A DNA stretch of 64,000 bases from Psammoneis japonica (lineage: Eukaryota), in the NCBI GenBank assembly GCA_008632985.1, contig QPGO01000080.1, positions 124,001 to 188,000 on the forward strand. The letters run 5' to 3'. The notes below the pieces were generated by a model. The model was not told the origin of the DNA, did no database searches, and worked only from the letters and a program-made list of their open reading frames with translations. This document shows, in pieces, positions 26,846 to 37,500 of the stretch. Both the position numbers and the translations under genes were made by a program. Positions within the stretch are counted from its first letter, which is position 1. Every line of letters begins with the position of its first letter.

Positions 26846-27085
26846 GGCGGGTCATCCCCGCGTTTATCCTTCGGTAGAATTACCGTGGCATTTGAATCGC
26901 GCACGAAAACGAGAACATCAGGCACCGTGATCGAAGCACGACGATGACGGTAATATCGACGTAAGTCCGAAACGTAGTGGTCCGTGCGCAAACACCACGG
27001 TGAAGCACGGTGAAATTCAAGAAAAATCATGCAAATCACGAGCTATTCGGCCAAATTCGAGCTAAAAAAGTAGCAAATGACCCCT
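26846..27085. mobile_element. Possible small TTAA-flanked non-autonomous DNA element (Kolobok-like termini)
   Basis: TTAA|GGCGGGTCAT ... ATGACCCCT|TTAA, a short imperfect TIR. Confidence 0.3.
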
Positions 27086-27169
27086 TTAAAGAAAATAGAA
27101 TAAGGAGTAACATGATAAAACTTGAAGGTAAAATGAAAAGGTGACGGTGTTGGCTTTTTATTGATTTTT

Positions 27170-28810
27170 ATGATTTTCTCCATTTGAGCAAGAAAGCAAC
27201 ATCCAATCGCTCATCTTAGGACATTGTGGTCTGCTGAGTCAACCTATGCGAGAGACCACCCATTCCTTCGGTCCCTTATTTTTGACAATTTTTTTCGTCC
27301 AATCTCTAATCTTAGGTCTTTTTTAAAACAAGCAACAGATCTCATGTAACCTCCCTTGACTGTTGACGAATTTATCCTTTCAAGGTAGAAAACAACGTCC
27401 AATCGCTCATCTTAGGGCATTTTTATCTTTTTCTGTACCCACGCAGTTGCCTTGTTGAAGTAAAATATTCAATTATGAAAAATGCCAAAAATGAACGAAC
27501 CCTTCTATTCAATTACATAGAGAAGTTAGAGAAGTATCAGCTTTTTCGACCGCTACAATTTTGGCCAATGATATTGCAAGCCCGCGAAGAGATCCGTGCT
27601 ATAGAAACTTGGACGACACATCTGAATGGGTGAGGGTAATATTTCCGGCATCTTCTGTCCTATTCAAACTTTTTGATTATGCACCGGTGTCGTCAAATGC
27701 AACAACAGGTCATATAAAGAAAACTAGTGATGAAATAAAAAAGATCTTTTGAGCCCTACAAACTTCATTTGACAAATTTATCCTTTTGAGGCCAACCCTA
27801 ACCGAGCGAAAAAAGAAAATGAAAAAGACTTAAATAGCTCGAAAAGCTTGAACTCACCCGGATTTTCCCCGCAACTAGGCCGAAACGAAAAAAGAGTGAC
27901 ACTCTTCTTTCACAAACCGGAGGCATGAAAAAAGAAAAAAGAGTGCGTATGCTACTGTACATTTTGTACATGCGTCTTGGCTTTTGTAGGACACTACCAA
28001 GCCAACCAAAGTTCGCCTTCACTCACCGAATTATCAAGTCGCCATGGCGTCTCTGATTGTTTTTTGACAACTTCTTTCAACTTTGCATCTTAGAAGTAAC
28101 ACCAATCGATGATATGAGGTACATATGATATGTCACTTGAAAGATTACCGGTCTTGATGCATCATAGAAAGTCGACGGATAAGTTCACTAAAATAGATCT
28201 TCATGTCGCAGAAATAACCATACTGAATAATTTAGGTACGACTCATTCAATGGTGTTGTTATTATGTTGATTGCTTGTAGAGTAGGGGCTCGAAATGACC
28301 CGAGAAGTGTGCAAAGACCTTCCACTTGACAGCCACTTAAATCACCCTTAGCCTGATGTGTTTGTGCTGAACAAAAAAGAAATAGCACCCACAGACTAAG
28401 AAAAATATGGAGGTTCTAATGGTGTTATTATTATTGTCATAAGGTAGACATTCGATGCCGGTATCGGCCGTCATCATCCGGATATTTAGCTTTTTAATTT
28501 TCGGCTAGGGTTGGCCTGAGCAAGGGAATACATGCAATCGCTCATCTTAGGACTCTTTGAAACAAGTAACAGCTCTGTTGTGCACTACAGTACCGGTATG
28601 AACTACATTTGATCATCCTATGCAAGAGACCACCCATTGCGTCCGAGTGTGAGTAGAAAAGAATCTTTGGTCCTTGTTTTTTTACGAATTTCTCCTTACT
28701 ATACAAGAGACCACTCATTGCGTCCGAGTGTAAGTAGAAAAGAATCTTCGGTCCTTGGTTTTTTACGAATTTCTCCTTTTGAGGTAGAAAACAACATCCA
28801 ATCACCCAAC
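27170..28810 (+). repeat. Degenerate AT-rich repeat array (CAATCGCTCATCTTAGG unit; 80-bp tandem at 28625-28778)
   Basis: Motif recurs near 27204, 27400 and 28536, and degenerately at 28799. AGAGACCAC.CATTGCGTCCGAGTGT.AGTAGAAAAGAATC occurs twice. Confidence 0.7.
27790..28516. mobile_element. PIF/Harbinger-like MITE with 16-bp TIRs and 3-bp TSD (TGA)
   Basis: TGA|GGCCAACCCTAACCGA ... TCGGCTAGGGTTGGCC|TGA. Excision restores the host repeat unit (AATTTATCCTTTTGAGCAAG...CAATCGCTCATCTTAGG). Confidence 0.8.
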
Positions 28811-30397
28811 GAAGACGTCTTCTAGTTCCTCAATGACAGTGTGCTGCAATGCTTGTTTTGGGTTCAGGACAATTTAAAGAAACGGAAGCATCAACGCAGT
28901 CAAGTGCTTCGCGGCACCCGCACTATCGCTTCTGCCACACTCCTTGTTGAGTGTACTGGCATTGTGGCTTGCGCCGGTGTTGGACAAAGGTGTAATAGCA
29001 CTGAAAATTAACAGTTTCCTCCCGAAAGTGTTTTTTGTATTCAACGGAAATAAAAATCTAAAATCACATAAGAAAATTGTGCTTTTATATACGCATAAAT
29101 CTCCTATTCAATTAGTCCGTCTCTTCAATGACTGTGTCTACGAGCTGTCATGTGCTTGGTGGTTGTCTCTTATTGCTCTACATGTGGCGTAGACATTGTT
29201 GCTTCGTCTCCGATGATTGATCACTTAGGATGCAGACACTAGCCTACTCGTTCATTCCCCTAAATGTTGGCGCGAACTGGCGATAGACAGGCAAACACAT
29301 ACGGAGCTCTACGTAGAGGACCAATTTTAGCGATGACTTTGCCCCTATTTAACTTCTGTCAAAATGGGTGCCTTCCCTAGCCATGGGCTATTCCGTGGGA
29401 TCAACTAGGTCTTATCGCTACTGTTCGACACTACTGGCATGACCCTGCATCTACATCTGATGTGTCTACCGCCCTACCGATACTAAGCACTGTCATTTCG
29501 TATTTAATTTGGACATGCTTCAATACGAAATTGATTATCTAAGAAATATATCTTTGAATAATGACTACATGCTTTGTACACGTAAAATATAAAAATTAAA
29601 TACAAAATGTAGTCATTTGTAGTCACTCGGGAGGAAACGGTTAAGATTTTTTTCTTTCTTTTCTTTCTGAAACTCCTCTTTCAACAACCTGTAAATAAAG
29701 CTTAAAATTTTATAGGTATAACGACCACCATAGCTCTAGTCACCAAATTAATCACGAACTTATCCTGATGCTTGTCTGTTGTTGGAATGCCGTGGCCACC
29801 GCTGTGCAGAAATGACATTCTGGGCGTTCAATTTTCTCTCAGGGAGAGTTGAAGAACAATGTGGAAAGACGATAGAAGGCTGAAAAAGTATAAAGCCTCA
29901 ATGAAATACACAATGCAGGATTCCTTCTGATGCAACAGAAGTGGTGTTGTCAACGGGACCTTCGATTCGAATCTTCACTGAGCTACCAAGTTGAACGCGC
30001 ACATTCTCAAGCTTGCCACTCTTGTTATGCTTTGACGTATTTATCCTTTGAATATACGCTAAAGAACCTGAGTATGCTGAATTTTCGAAACGCCATTGTT
30101 TGTTATATTTGCGCAGTATTTCAGTCGGCGAGCCAGAAACACCACACGAAATCTTTTTGAAAAGGGCAAAAAGTAACATACCCAAATTTGGGTTGTAGCA
30201 GGCCTCATAGAAATTTGACGGGCCGGGGGAAAATATGCTCATGTTAGGACTTTTGAAACAAATAATATCTCTTGGGTTGTAGCAGGCCGCATAGAAAGTG
30301 AACGGGCCGGGGTTCTCGGCCCGCCCACTTGAATAATGCGCTCACGTCAGGACTTCTGAAACAAATAATGTCTCTTTTGCGCTATTTTGGTTGGGGT

Positions 30398-30832
30398 TAA
30401 TACACACCTTTGTTACGGTTTCTGCCAATAATACCAGGATTCATTGGGTTCCTGAGTTTTTCTAACCCTAACTGTTGGAAGAACAGAATTTACACCAAAA
30501 CTTGGAGGTAGGAATTTTGGAATTCTATCTCCAACACTAACCCTTCAAAACACACGACCTGCGCAAGTACCTACAGTAGAGTCATTGGTGTCATTGAAGC
30601 ACGAGTGGCTCAAGTCATTGAGTGTTTAATTAAAAAGAGATTTATGAGGTGAAGACCAGGCGTCCACTTCCGAGTCTGATGCAACAAGAAAAAACACCCT
30701 GGTGCATGGGCTCTGCCATTCAAGGCAATCGGCATTTTCCCTTCTCGTCCCACCAATGGGTGATGTTTAGAGGTTGTTGGGGAGGATGTTCCTCGTCGAC
30801 ATTGTGCAACTTCTCGCAAAGCTGGCACATTC
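30398..30832 (-). repeat. Right arm of the fucosyltransferase inverted repeat
   Basis: Reverse complement of 25360-25796. Confidence 0.9.
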
Positions 30833-32033
30833 CATTCTTTCCAAGACCATGGTGGCTGGGCGAACCAAAGTACTGTCGCCACCAAAAATAGGACAAGTAG
30901 AGAGTTTCATTCTCTTCAAGCTTCTGAATGTATTCTGCAAGGTGCTTGGCATCTTCAAAGTCATTCACATCAATAAATGAGTGCGGAGGTGCAATGCGAG
31001 TGTAATCGCTTCCCCCCATTACGATTGGAATCACGTTTCGTCTGAATGCCATAAAGAATTTCTCTGTAACGTAATCCAAACACAGGGAATTCTCAAAAGA
31101 CAAATAGTACTTGTAGTCTGTCATGACAGCTTCAGAACAATTGTCTTTAAGGTTTCCATGTCCAACGGCGCGGTCACAAGATATGCTGCCACATTTCCCC
31201 ATAATGTCAACAGAAACGTTTCTTGACAGCTCTGCCGCGTACTCGTTCCTTCCTGATTCTGCTTTGCAGTTGGACACAATCCATGCAATTTTCTTGGGTT
31301 TCTTAGCATATGCCTTGATCTCATCAGGCATGAGTGGGAGTCCTTCTTTCACAAATTTGTCCATGTCAAAGGTCATTGAATCATAGTTCGGACTTGACGA
31401 GTGATTGGGTATAGAACTTGATGACATGTTGGCTTGGTTGAGAGGTGGAAATTGTGCTGGTAGCCATTGGATGTCACTGTCAAAGCGGTAACTCCATGTC
31501 CAGTCAAAGAGATCATCCGCCCAGCCTGACATGGAAAAAGACTGAGGGCTTTCCTTAGAGAGGAAGACATATTTTGCTCTCCTGGGTCTTGGATTGTCAT
31601 GCAATATCTGCTTGGCCCTGCTATCGGACATTATGTTATACTCAATGTTCCATGGATGTACGAGCACTGCATCAAAATCGCGTATATCCTGTGTTCCATC
31701 ATTCTCGACAGCAAAACAATCTTTGACTTTACATTCAGCAAATGCCTCTTGACCTAAGCCGAACCAATTAGTCTTTCTATACGAAGCCGTGTAATAGAGC
31801 ACCTTTTTGAGACTACCTTGTTCGTCGGCCAATCCTGGCGCTGTTGGCGTTGTGTCAACTGGCACAGAGATCTCCAGGTCCGGACGTGGAAGCGGGATTT
31901 TCGACAGTCCGATTAAAATGCGACTGTTCAGCATCGTCGCACCAGCGATAGTCAGCAGAAACGCCTTTCGGAGAAAACTCGAGAAAAGAACGGGATGTTC
32001 TTTGTGAAGCCGGGAGAGTATGTTTTTCGCCAT
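30720..32033 (-). CDS. Alpha-1,3/1,4-fucosyltransferase (GT10), copy 2, intact
   Basis: Continuous ORF with a TM anchor and ESP, WTWSYRFDSD, AWIVSNC and YKYYLSFENSLCLDYVTEKFF motifs. ATG at 32033 has the same TTCAGGACATGG context as copy 1. Confidence 0.93.
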   Translation of the reverse strand: MAKNILSRLHKEHPVLFSSFLRKAFLLTIAGATMLNSRILIGLSKIPLPRPDLEISVPVDTTPTAPGLADEQGSLKKVLYYTASYRKTNWFGLGQEAFAECKVKDCFAVENDGTQDIRDFDAVLVHPWNIEYNIMSDSRAKQILHDNPRPRRAKYVFLSKESPQSFSMSGWADDLFDWTWSYRFDSDIQWLPAQFPPLNQANMSSSSIPNHSSSPNYDSMTFDMDKFVKEGLPLMPDEIKAYAKKPKKIAWIVSNCKAESGRNEYAAELSRNVSVDIMGKCGSISCDRAVGHGNLKDNCSEAVMTDYKYYLSFENSLCLDYVTEKFFMAFRRNVIPIVMGGSDYTRIAPPHSFIDVNDFEDAKHLAEYIQKLEENETLYLSYFWWRQYFGSPSHHGLGKNGMCQLCEKLHNVDEEHPPQQPLNITHWWDEKGKCRLP

Positions 32034-32846
32034 GTCCTGAAACAACGGCGAGCCGATTGTGAGGCGAGAACTGCAACAATCGAAAAAACACAAAATTACA
32101 GAAATCACAAATCTGTCTCTGCGACGCAAAAAAAAAAATCTCATGGAAAGAGCACGTCTTTGACAAAGTCCTCACCTCGATTCACGGAAGTTATTGACTT
32201 GATAGAATCAGTGAGAAGGGCCGCGTCCTTTTCTTCCGTGACCTGGCCTTGACTTCTCGGAAGTGTGTTCTCAGCTACTCCAGTAAGAACCACTCAGCGG
32301 TAAAAGCCGCATGAGGGGTTACAAGTCCGTGGGGCATTTGAAGTGTATGCTTTACTGCAGTGTACTTTCGAACTTGCACAGCCGCATTTTATCGAGGTCC
32401 GTCAGTTGGTACCGGTACCATGTACGCGTACGGTACCATAGCTCGAATCGTGTATCGGACACAGTCGAGCGCGCTTCTCGAGCGATCGCCAGGATCAAAT
32501 AAGTCGGTCCGTCCGTCAACATTGCAATGTACCGGTACCTACTCTACTCTCTAGAGGGTACTCTATCATAGCTACAGTAGTAGCTCTCTAGAGAGTAGAA
32601 GTACTTCTAGTAGAGAGTAGAGATCAAGATAGTGGATACGCTTTGGGAAAACTTTTGGTTACGTGCAGTAAAAGCCCTTTTGTGGCATAAAGCTTTGGTA
32701 AAACATTTGGAGAGGTGCGGAAAAGCCTTTTTGTGCAACAAAGCTATCATAATTTATGTGTTGGAGCTTTTAGAGCCAGCCGTTTGTTCTTTCAAAACCA
32801 CGCGTGTTGGTCGCAAGGTGCTTTGCCGCGCGCAAACTGCACTTCT

Positions 32847-33775
32847 TCAAGCGCCGCTCTTCAAGATGTCATTCTTGGAACCAATGCATTGATTGCAAAA
32901 TTTGTAATAGTCATGCTTTTCAAGAAGATGAGCTTTGGCAATGCTCTGCAGTTCGGGGTGGTTCCACATGCATTCCTTTGATTTGTCTCGGCGGCGATTT
33001 GTTTCCCGAGCCACAAAATCAGACTCGATGCGCTTCTGTTGTAACCTATTGTCCATGTGTGCCATGTATCCCGACAAATCTGCAAAGTCAAAACACTTCA
33101 CATTGAAATTCTCCAACAGCTTCATGGAAAACCGTTCCAGGTTTTTTGCATTGTGATCCAGTTGCTTCCGAAAGTCGATTTCATCGACGAGCTTCTTGTT
33201 GTCGCCGTGAACGCATTGAAACGGTTTCCCAAACATGTTGGTCATCGAGTGCAAATGATCAAGGGGCTCACGACAAGGCACGTGCAGTTCCAGCGGCATT
33301 GTCCATTTTGAAACAGATTGGGCCACAATGTCCAGTGCGATTCCAAGCTGATGTAGTCACAATCCTCAAATCCAATTTCTTTCATTGCTGCCAACGGTAC
33401 TCTGTTTCGGTTGTGATTCACCCACACCTTGCCAATCGAATCTAGTGTCCTCCATTTGCCAGTTTTCCGAATTCTCTCATTTGCTTGATGAAAATCATAG
33501 GAATAACCCTTGTGTCCGCACACACGTTCGTATCGCGCTGCCAATTTCCCGTTGACTGTAGTGCCTGCTGTCTTGGCCATGTGAACATGTCCATAGATGG
33601 TTGGATGGGAGACAAAACCTTTTCTGTGAGTCAGTTCAACAAAACGATCATTCACTCTTACACTGTGAGTCACAAAAGCCTTCTCTTCTATGGCGTTGTG
33701 AAGCATCAGAAGGTGCACCATCAGAATGGAGATCGCAACCAAAATAAAGATCATGAAAACTGTGAAATGTTTCAT
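32847..33775 (-). CDS. Membrane-anchored sulfotransferase-like protein with an apparent 1-nt deletion near 33306-33309
   Basis: Signal anchor and HVHMAKTAGTT (PAPS 5'-PSB-like) in ORF 33242-33775. CREPLDHLHS (3'-PB-like) in the overlapping ORF 32847-33326. Confidence 0.65.
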
Positions 33776-34426
33776 TTTGCACCCTTCGTTGAAACCTAGG
33801 GCCCTACAGGCTCGATTTATGCGTGTCTGAGTTCGAGTGCCTGCCTGGTGATGTGGGGTATTGAGTCATTCGGTGCATCTGCGGTTTCACTGCAAGTGCC
33901 GGCGGCCTCAAACGCAACATTCTGGAGTGTGTTCCCGTTTCCCTGCCGTTTCCTTCAAACATTTCCCGCTGCGCGAAGGAGGACGCGCGCTACTGCTCTA
34001 GATCGAGTGAATGGACATTCTCGCTGTTGCCAGCACGGCAGCACGTGCTGTAGCATGGTGCCGGCAGCATCTGAGTGCAAGTGATTACGTTAAGGATCTG
34101 CGTGCTGCGGCATTTAAAACAGCTCACATTTCCCACCAATGCTTCACTGTGTCATTTTGACATGCTGCCTTGGCTCACGTGCTCCAAACACTTGTGGGTT
34201 CTTCTCTGGCAGCCCTTGTTGGGGCCGTCAAACCGCTGTGACAGCTGCACATTTGAGATGCTTCAAATGCCACTTGTTGGCCTTTGCCCTCAAGTTTTGC
34301 TAAAATTGGCCTCATTGTGGGAGACAAGCTGCAAGCTTCGGGTGGTTGGCCAGTTGGGAGAGTGTCCACTGGTGGCAAAATCAGCTTCCGTTCGGATGAC
34401 ATCGTGCAGATGCAATCAAGGACAGC

Positions 34427-34571
34427 TGCACTGTGCTCGAAGAACAAGCACAAGTGAAAGTGGAGTGAGCAACAAAAAGTGAAAATTGTGAGACTAAAAT
34501 TTGCTCCATGAAAATTTGGGTTTCTCCGAATGAGTTCTCAATGGCCTGAAGTGCTTGCACTGCTCCTGCAG
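34427..34571 (+). repeat. Dispersed repeat, hypermutated copy of 1552-1694
   Basis: Same sequence with TA>TG/CA and CG>TG/CA changes. Confidence 0.85.
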
Positions 34572-37500
34572 CAACAGAGGTTGGAGGGAAATGGGTGGAA
34601 GAAAACAACAACTCCTTGCCATGCTGTCTCAATGGCAGATGAGCACCCATGCAGATGCCATCACAGGAGCCAAAAGAGTGGTGTTGTGACATTGGTGCCA
34701 CTTCCATCATTCTTGTGAGCTGATTGGCTTGAAAGCAAACTGCACAGCACGTCACACCCGGAGCCAATGACACACACAATTGTGCGCAACAAACTGGGAT
34801 CTTGTTCAAATCCTGTCACTCCCCAGTTTGCTTGAGGAATCAACAGTGACAGATTCAAAGTCAGATTGACCAGAGGCCTTGGGATTGAATTTCCAAAACA
34901 TGAGGGGATGGAGGAGATTCTTAACCTGGGAGTGACCCCAGTGCTTGCTGAGGATGTCAGCGGGGTTGCGGGAACCTTCGATGAAGTGAAAGTTGAGGAT
35001 GCCAAAGGCAATTGCCTCATGCACACAATGGAATGAGAGGGTGGTGTGTTGCTTGTGTAACTTGGAGTGCAGGGTTGTGAGGCTGTCCACAGCTGACTTG
35101 TTGTCCCTGAACATGTGGCATGTGTCGTGTGGACTGCAACGCTGAAGCAGTGCAGTGTGATGTGCAGATCAATGATCTGCTCAATGCATGTCCCAGCAGC
35201 AACAAACACAGATCCACAGGTGGTGGTCTTGACTGTGGCTTGTTTCTTGGAGAACCAATCAGCTGGGATGTTGAATTCCATTGGGTTTCAGCAGTTCTGA
35301 GGTGTTGAGCTTGGGGTGGTCTCCCTGTTCAAGAGGAGATGAGACGTTGGTGCAAGGTGTCCCCAAACAGACAGGTGTAATTCTCAACCATGCATTCAAT
35401 GTGCTTGCAAGGGGCAAGGCACGGTGTGCCATTAGAGTGGTGGGAGAAATTGCATCCAAGGTGGAGTTCAAGGGGTCCAGTGCCCTTGAGTTTGAACTTG
35501 CATTTCTCTGTGAGTGTGTTGATGAAGGACTGGGGGTCTTTCATGACAAAGGCCAGATCATCCACACACACTGATGCAATGCATTCACAATGGTTGCCAT
35601 TCCGGCATAACCAAATGTTGGGTTCAGCACAGCACTGGACAAATCCTTTGGCTTGCAGACAATCAGCAAAATGTTCATGCCACCTGAGAACAGAGCTGCA
35701 GAGACCACACAGAGCCTTGTGAATGACAAGGATGTGTCCTTCTAAACTGCCAAATTCTGGACCTGCAATGATGTGCAGCTTCTCCTTGGTTGTGGCTTCA
35801 AAGTGTGAGCATTGCCAACATGCCGGTCACCCAACTCTCCACCAGCTTGTTGAGTTCAGCTGGAAAGATCATCATTCAAAGGCCACTGAGGGACACTGCA
35901 CTGGAACAGATGCTGTTGATGGGCATGTCCGTGAGGTGCCCATCAGCAACAAGTCAGGCCTTGTGCCTGCCGTCTTGTTTGACGTTGTGGACAAGATGCG
36001 CCTGAACATTCTTGTGTCCTGTCGGGGCGCTAAAGTCCTTGTAGTGTCCGCAATTGTGGAACACCTTGCACTCATCCAGCTGAGTCATCTCGAGGTCAGT
36101 TGCATCTCCCCACTTGCGGTTGCCATTGTGCTTGTCAAGTTCCAGGGTGTGCTTGTAGTCCCATGGCACTTTGAATCCATGCTTGCAGCATGGCGCAGCA
36201 CAAAACAAGCACAGCTTGGCTTGATTGGCCATTCGGAATGGCTTCTTCTGGCAATGAGCTATCGTACAAAAGCATTTCCAACCTTCAGCATTGAGCAAGC
36301 CATGTTCACGGGCACAGATGGCACAGGTGACAGGATCACCCTTGGTGATGATGGCAAGGGGCTCAGACTTGACCTCCTGTTCTCCCATTCAAGCATGACA
36401 TTGCAGCTTGAGCCCTTCCAAGAGGGGTCATGAGGTCACAACAGCCCTTTGTGTGAAACAATGCACTGGAATTTCCTGACAGCAGTGTCTTTGTTCTCTT
36501 GCTTGAGGTGATGAATGATGTCATTGCAGGCAAGGATTTCCTTGCATTCATTGTTGTCAACTGAGCAAATGAACTTGACGAGTTCCGGGTTGTCTCCAAT
36601 TTCCCAGTCATGGTCCTTGATGGCCTTGATGATGCAGGCCCTGTGATGTTGTCCATCCTCTTGTGGCTTCATGAGGAAAGTGCATCCAACGACATCCTCG
36701 GGGTCAAAAACTGGCATCTTGGGCATCCTGATCTCCTCCCCATCTGATGCTGAATCTGGCAGATCTACAGAATCATGGTGGGATTTGACAATGGGTGCAA
36801 CAGACTCTCCATCAGGAGGTTCAAGATGCACAGATTGTGCATTGATGGGTTGTGATTGTTGGTGGAATGGACGTTGGACGGGCATGGAATCTTCTGGGTG
36901 TCATCAGAAAGAATCTTGAAAGTCATTTGATGGCCAGTGTGTTTGGCAATGCCAACAAAGTGACCACGGAGCTCACGGGATTCAGATGGCCAGTCGGAGT
37001 CATCCAAGTGGCAGCACACGGGTTCTCTCCATTGGAAGCAGAAGAGGGGGCTAATGTTGGGAGTGGAGCCAGACAACACCTCAGTGGGAGTGTGTCAGTG
37101 GAGCTTGGCAGATGCTGTGTGATTGAGCAGAAAACACACACACATGAGAGCAAGGAGCCAGGTGTGGGCAGGCAAGCAAAAGCAGTCCATGATGTTGTCA
37201 GCCATGTTTTTTGTGGTTTGGTGGCATTGTTTGGCAAAGTTCTGGTGCTGCAGGTGGGGTCCGCTCTGCCAGCTGGAGATGAAGAGGGCACAGAGAATGC
37301 AGAGAACTTTGTTGCTGATCTCAACTTGGGTGCAATCACTGATGAGCTTGGGCAGAGCACCGCGGTTGTGGATGTTGTCCTCAAGGGTGTTGACAAATTC
37401 CTTGTCCATCTTGGTGCCACACACATCTGTGACAAGGGATTCCACACTAAAGAAGAGCTGTGTGCTGATGCATCCAGAGTCAATGGTGGGAGTGTTGGAG

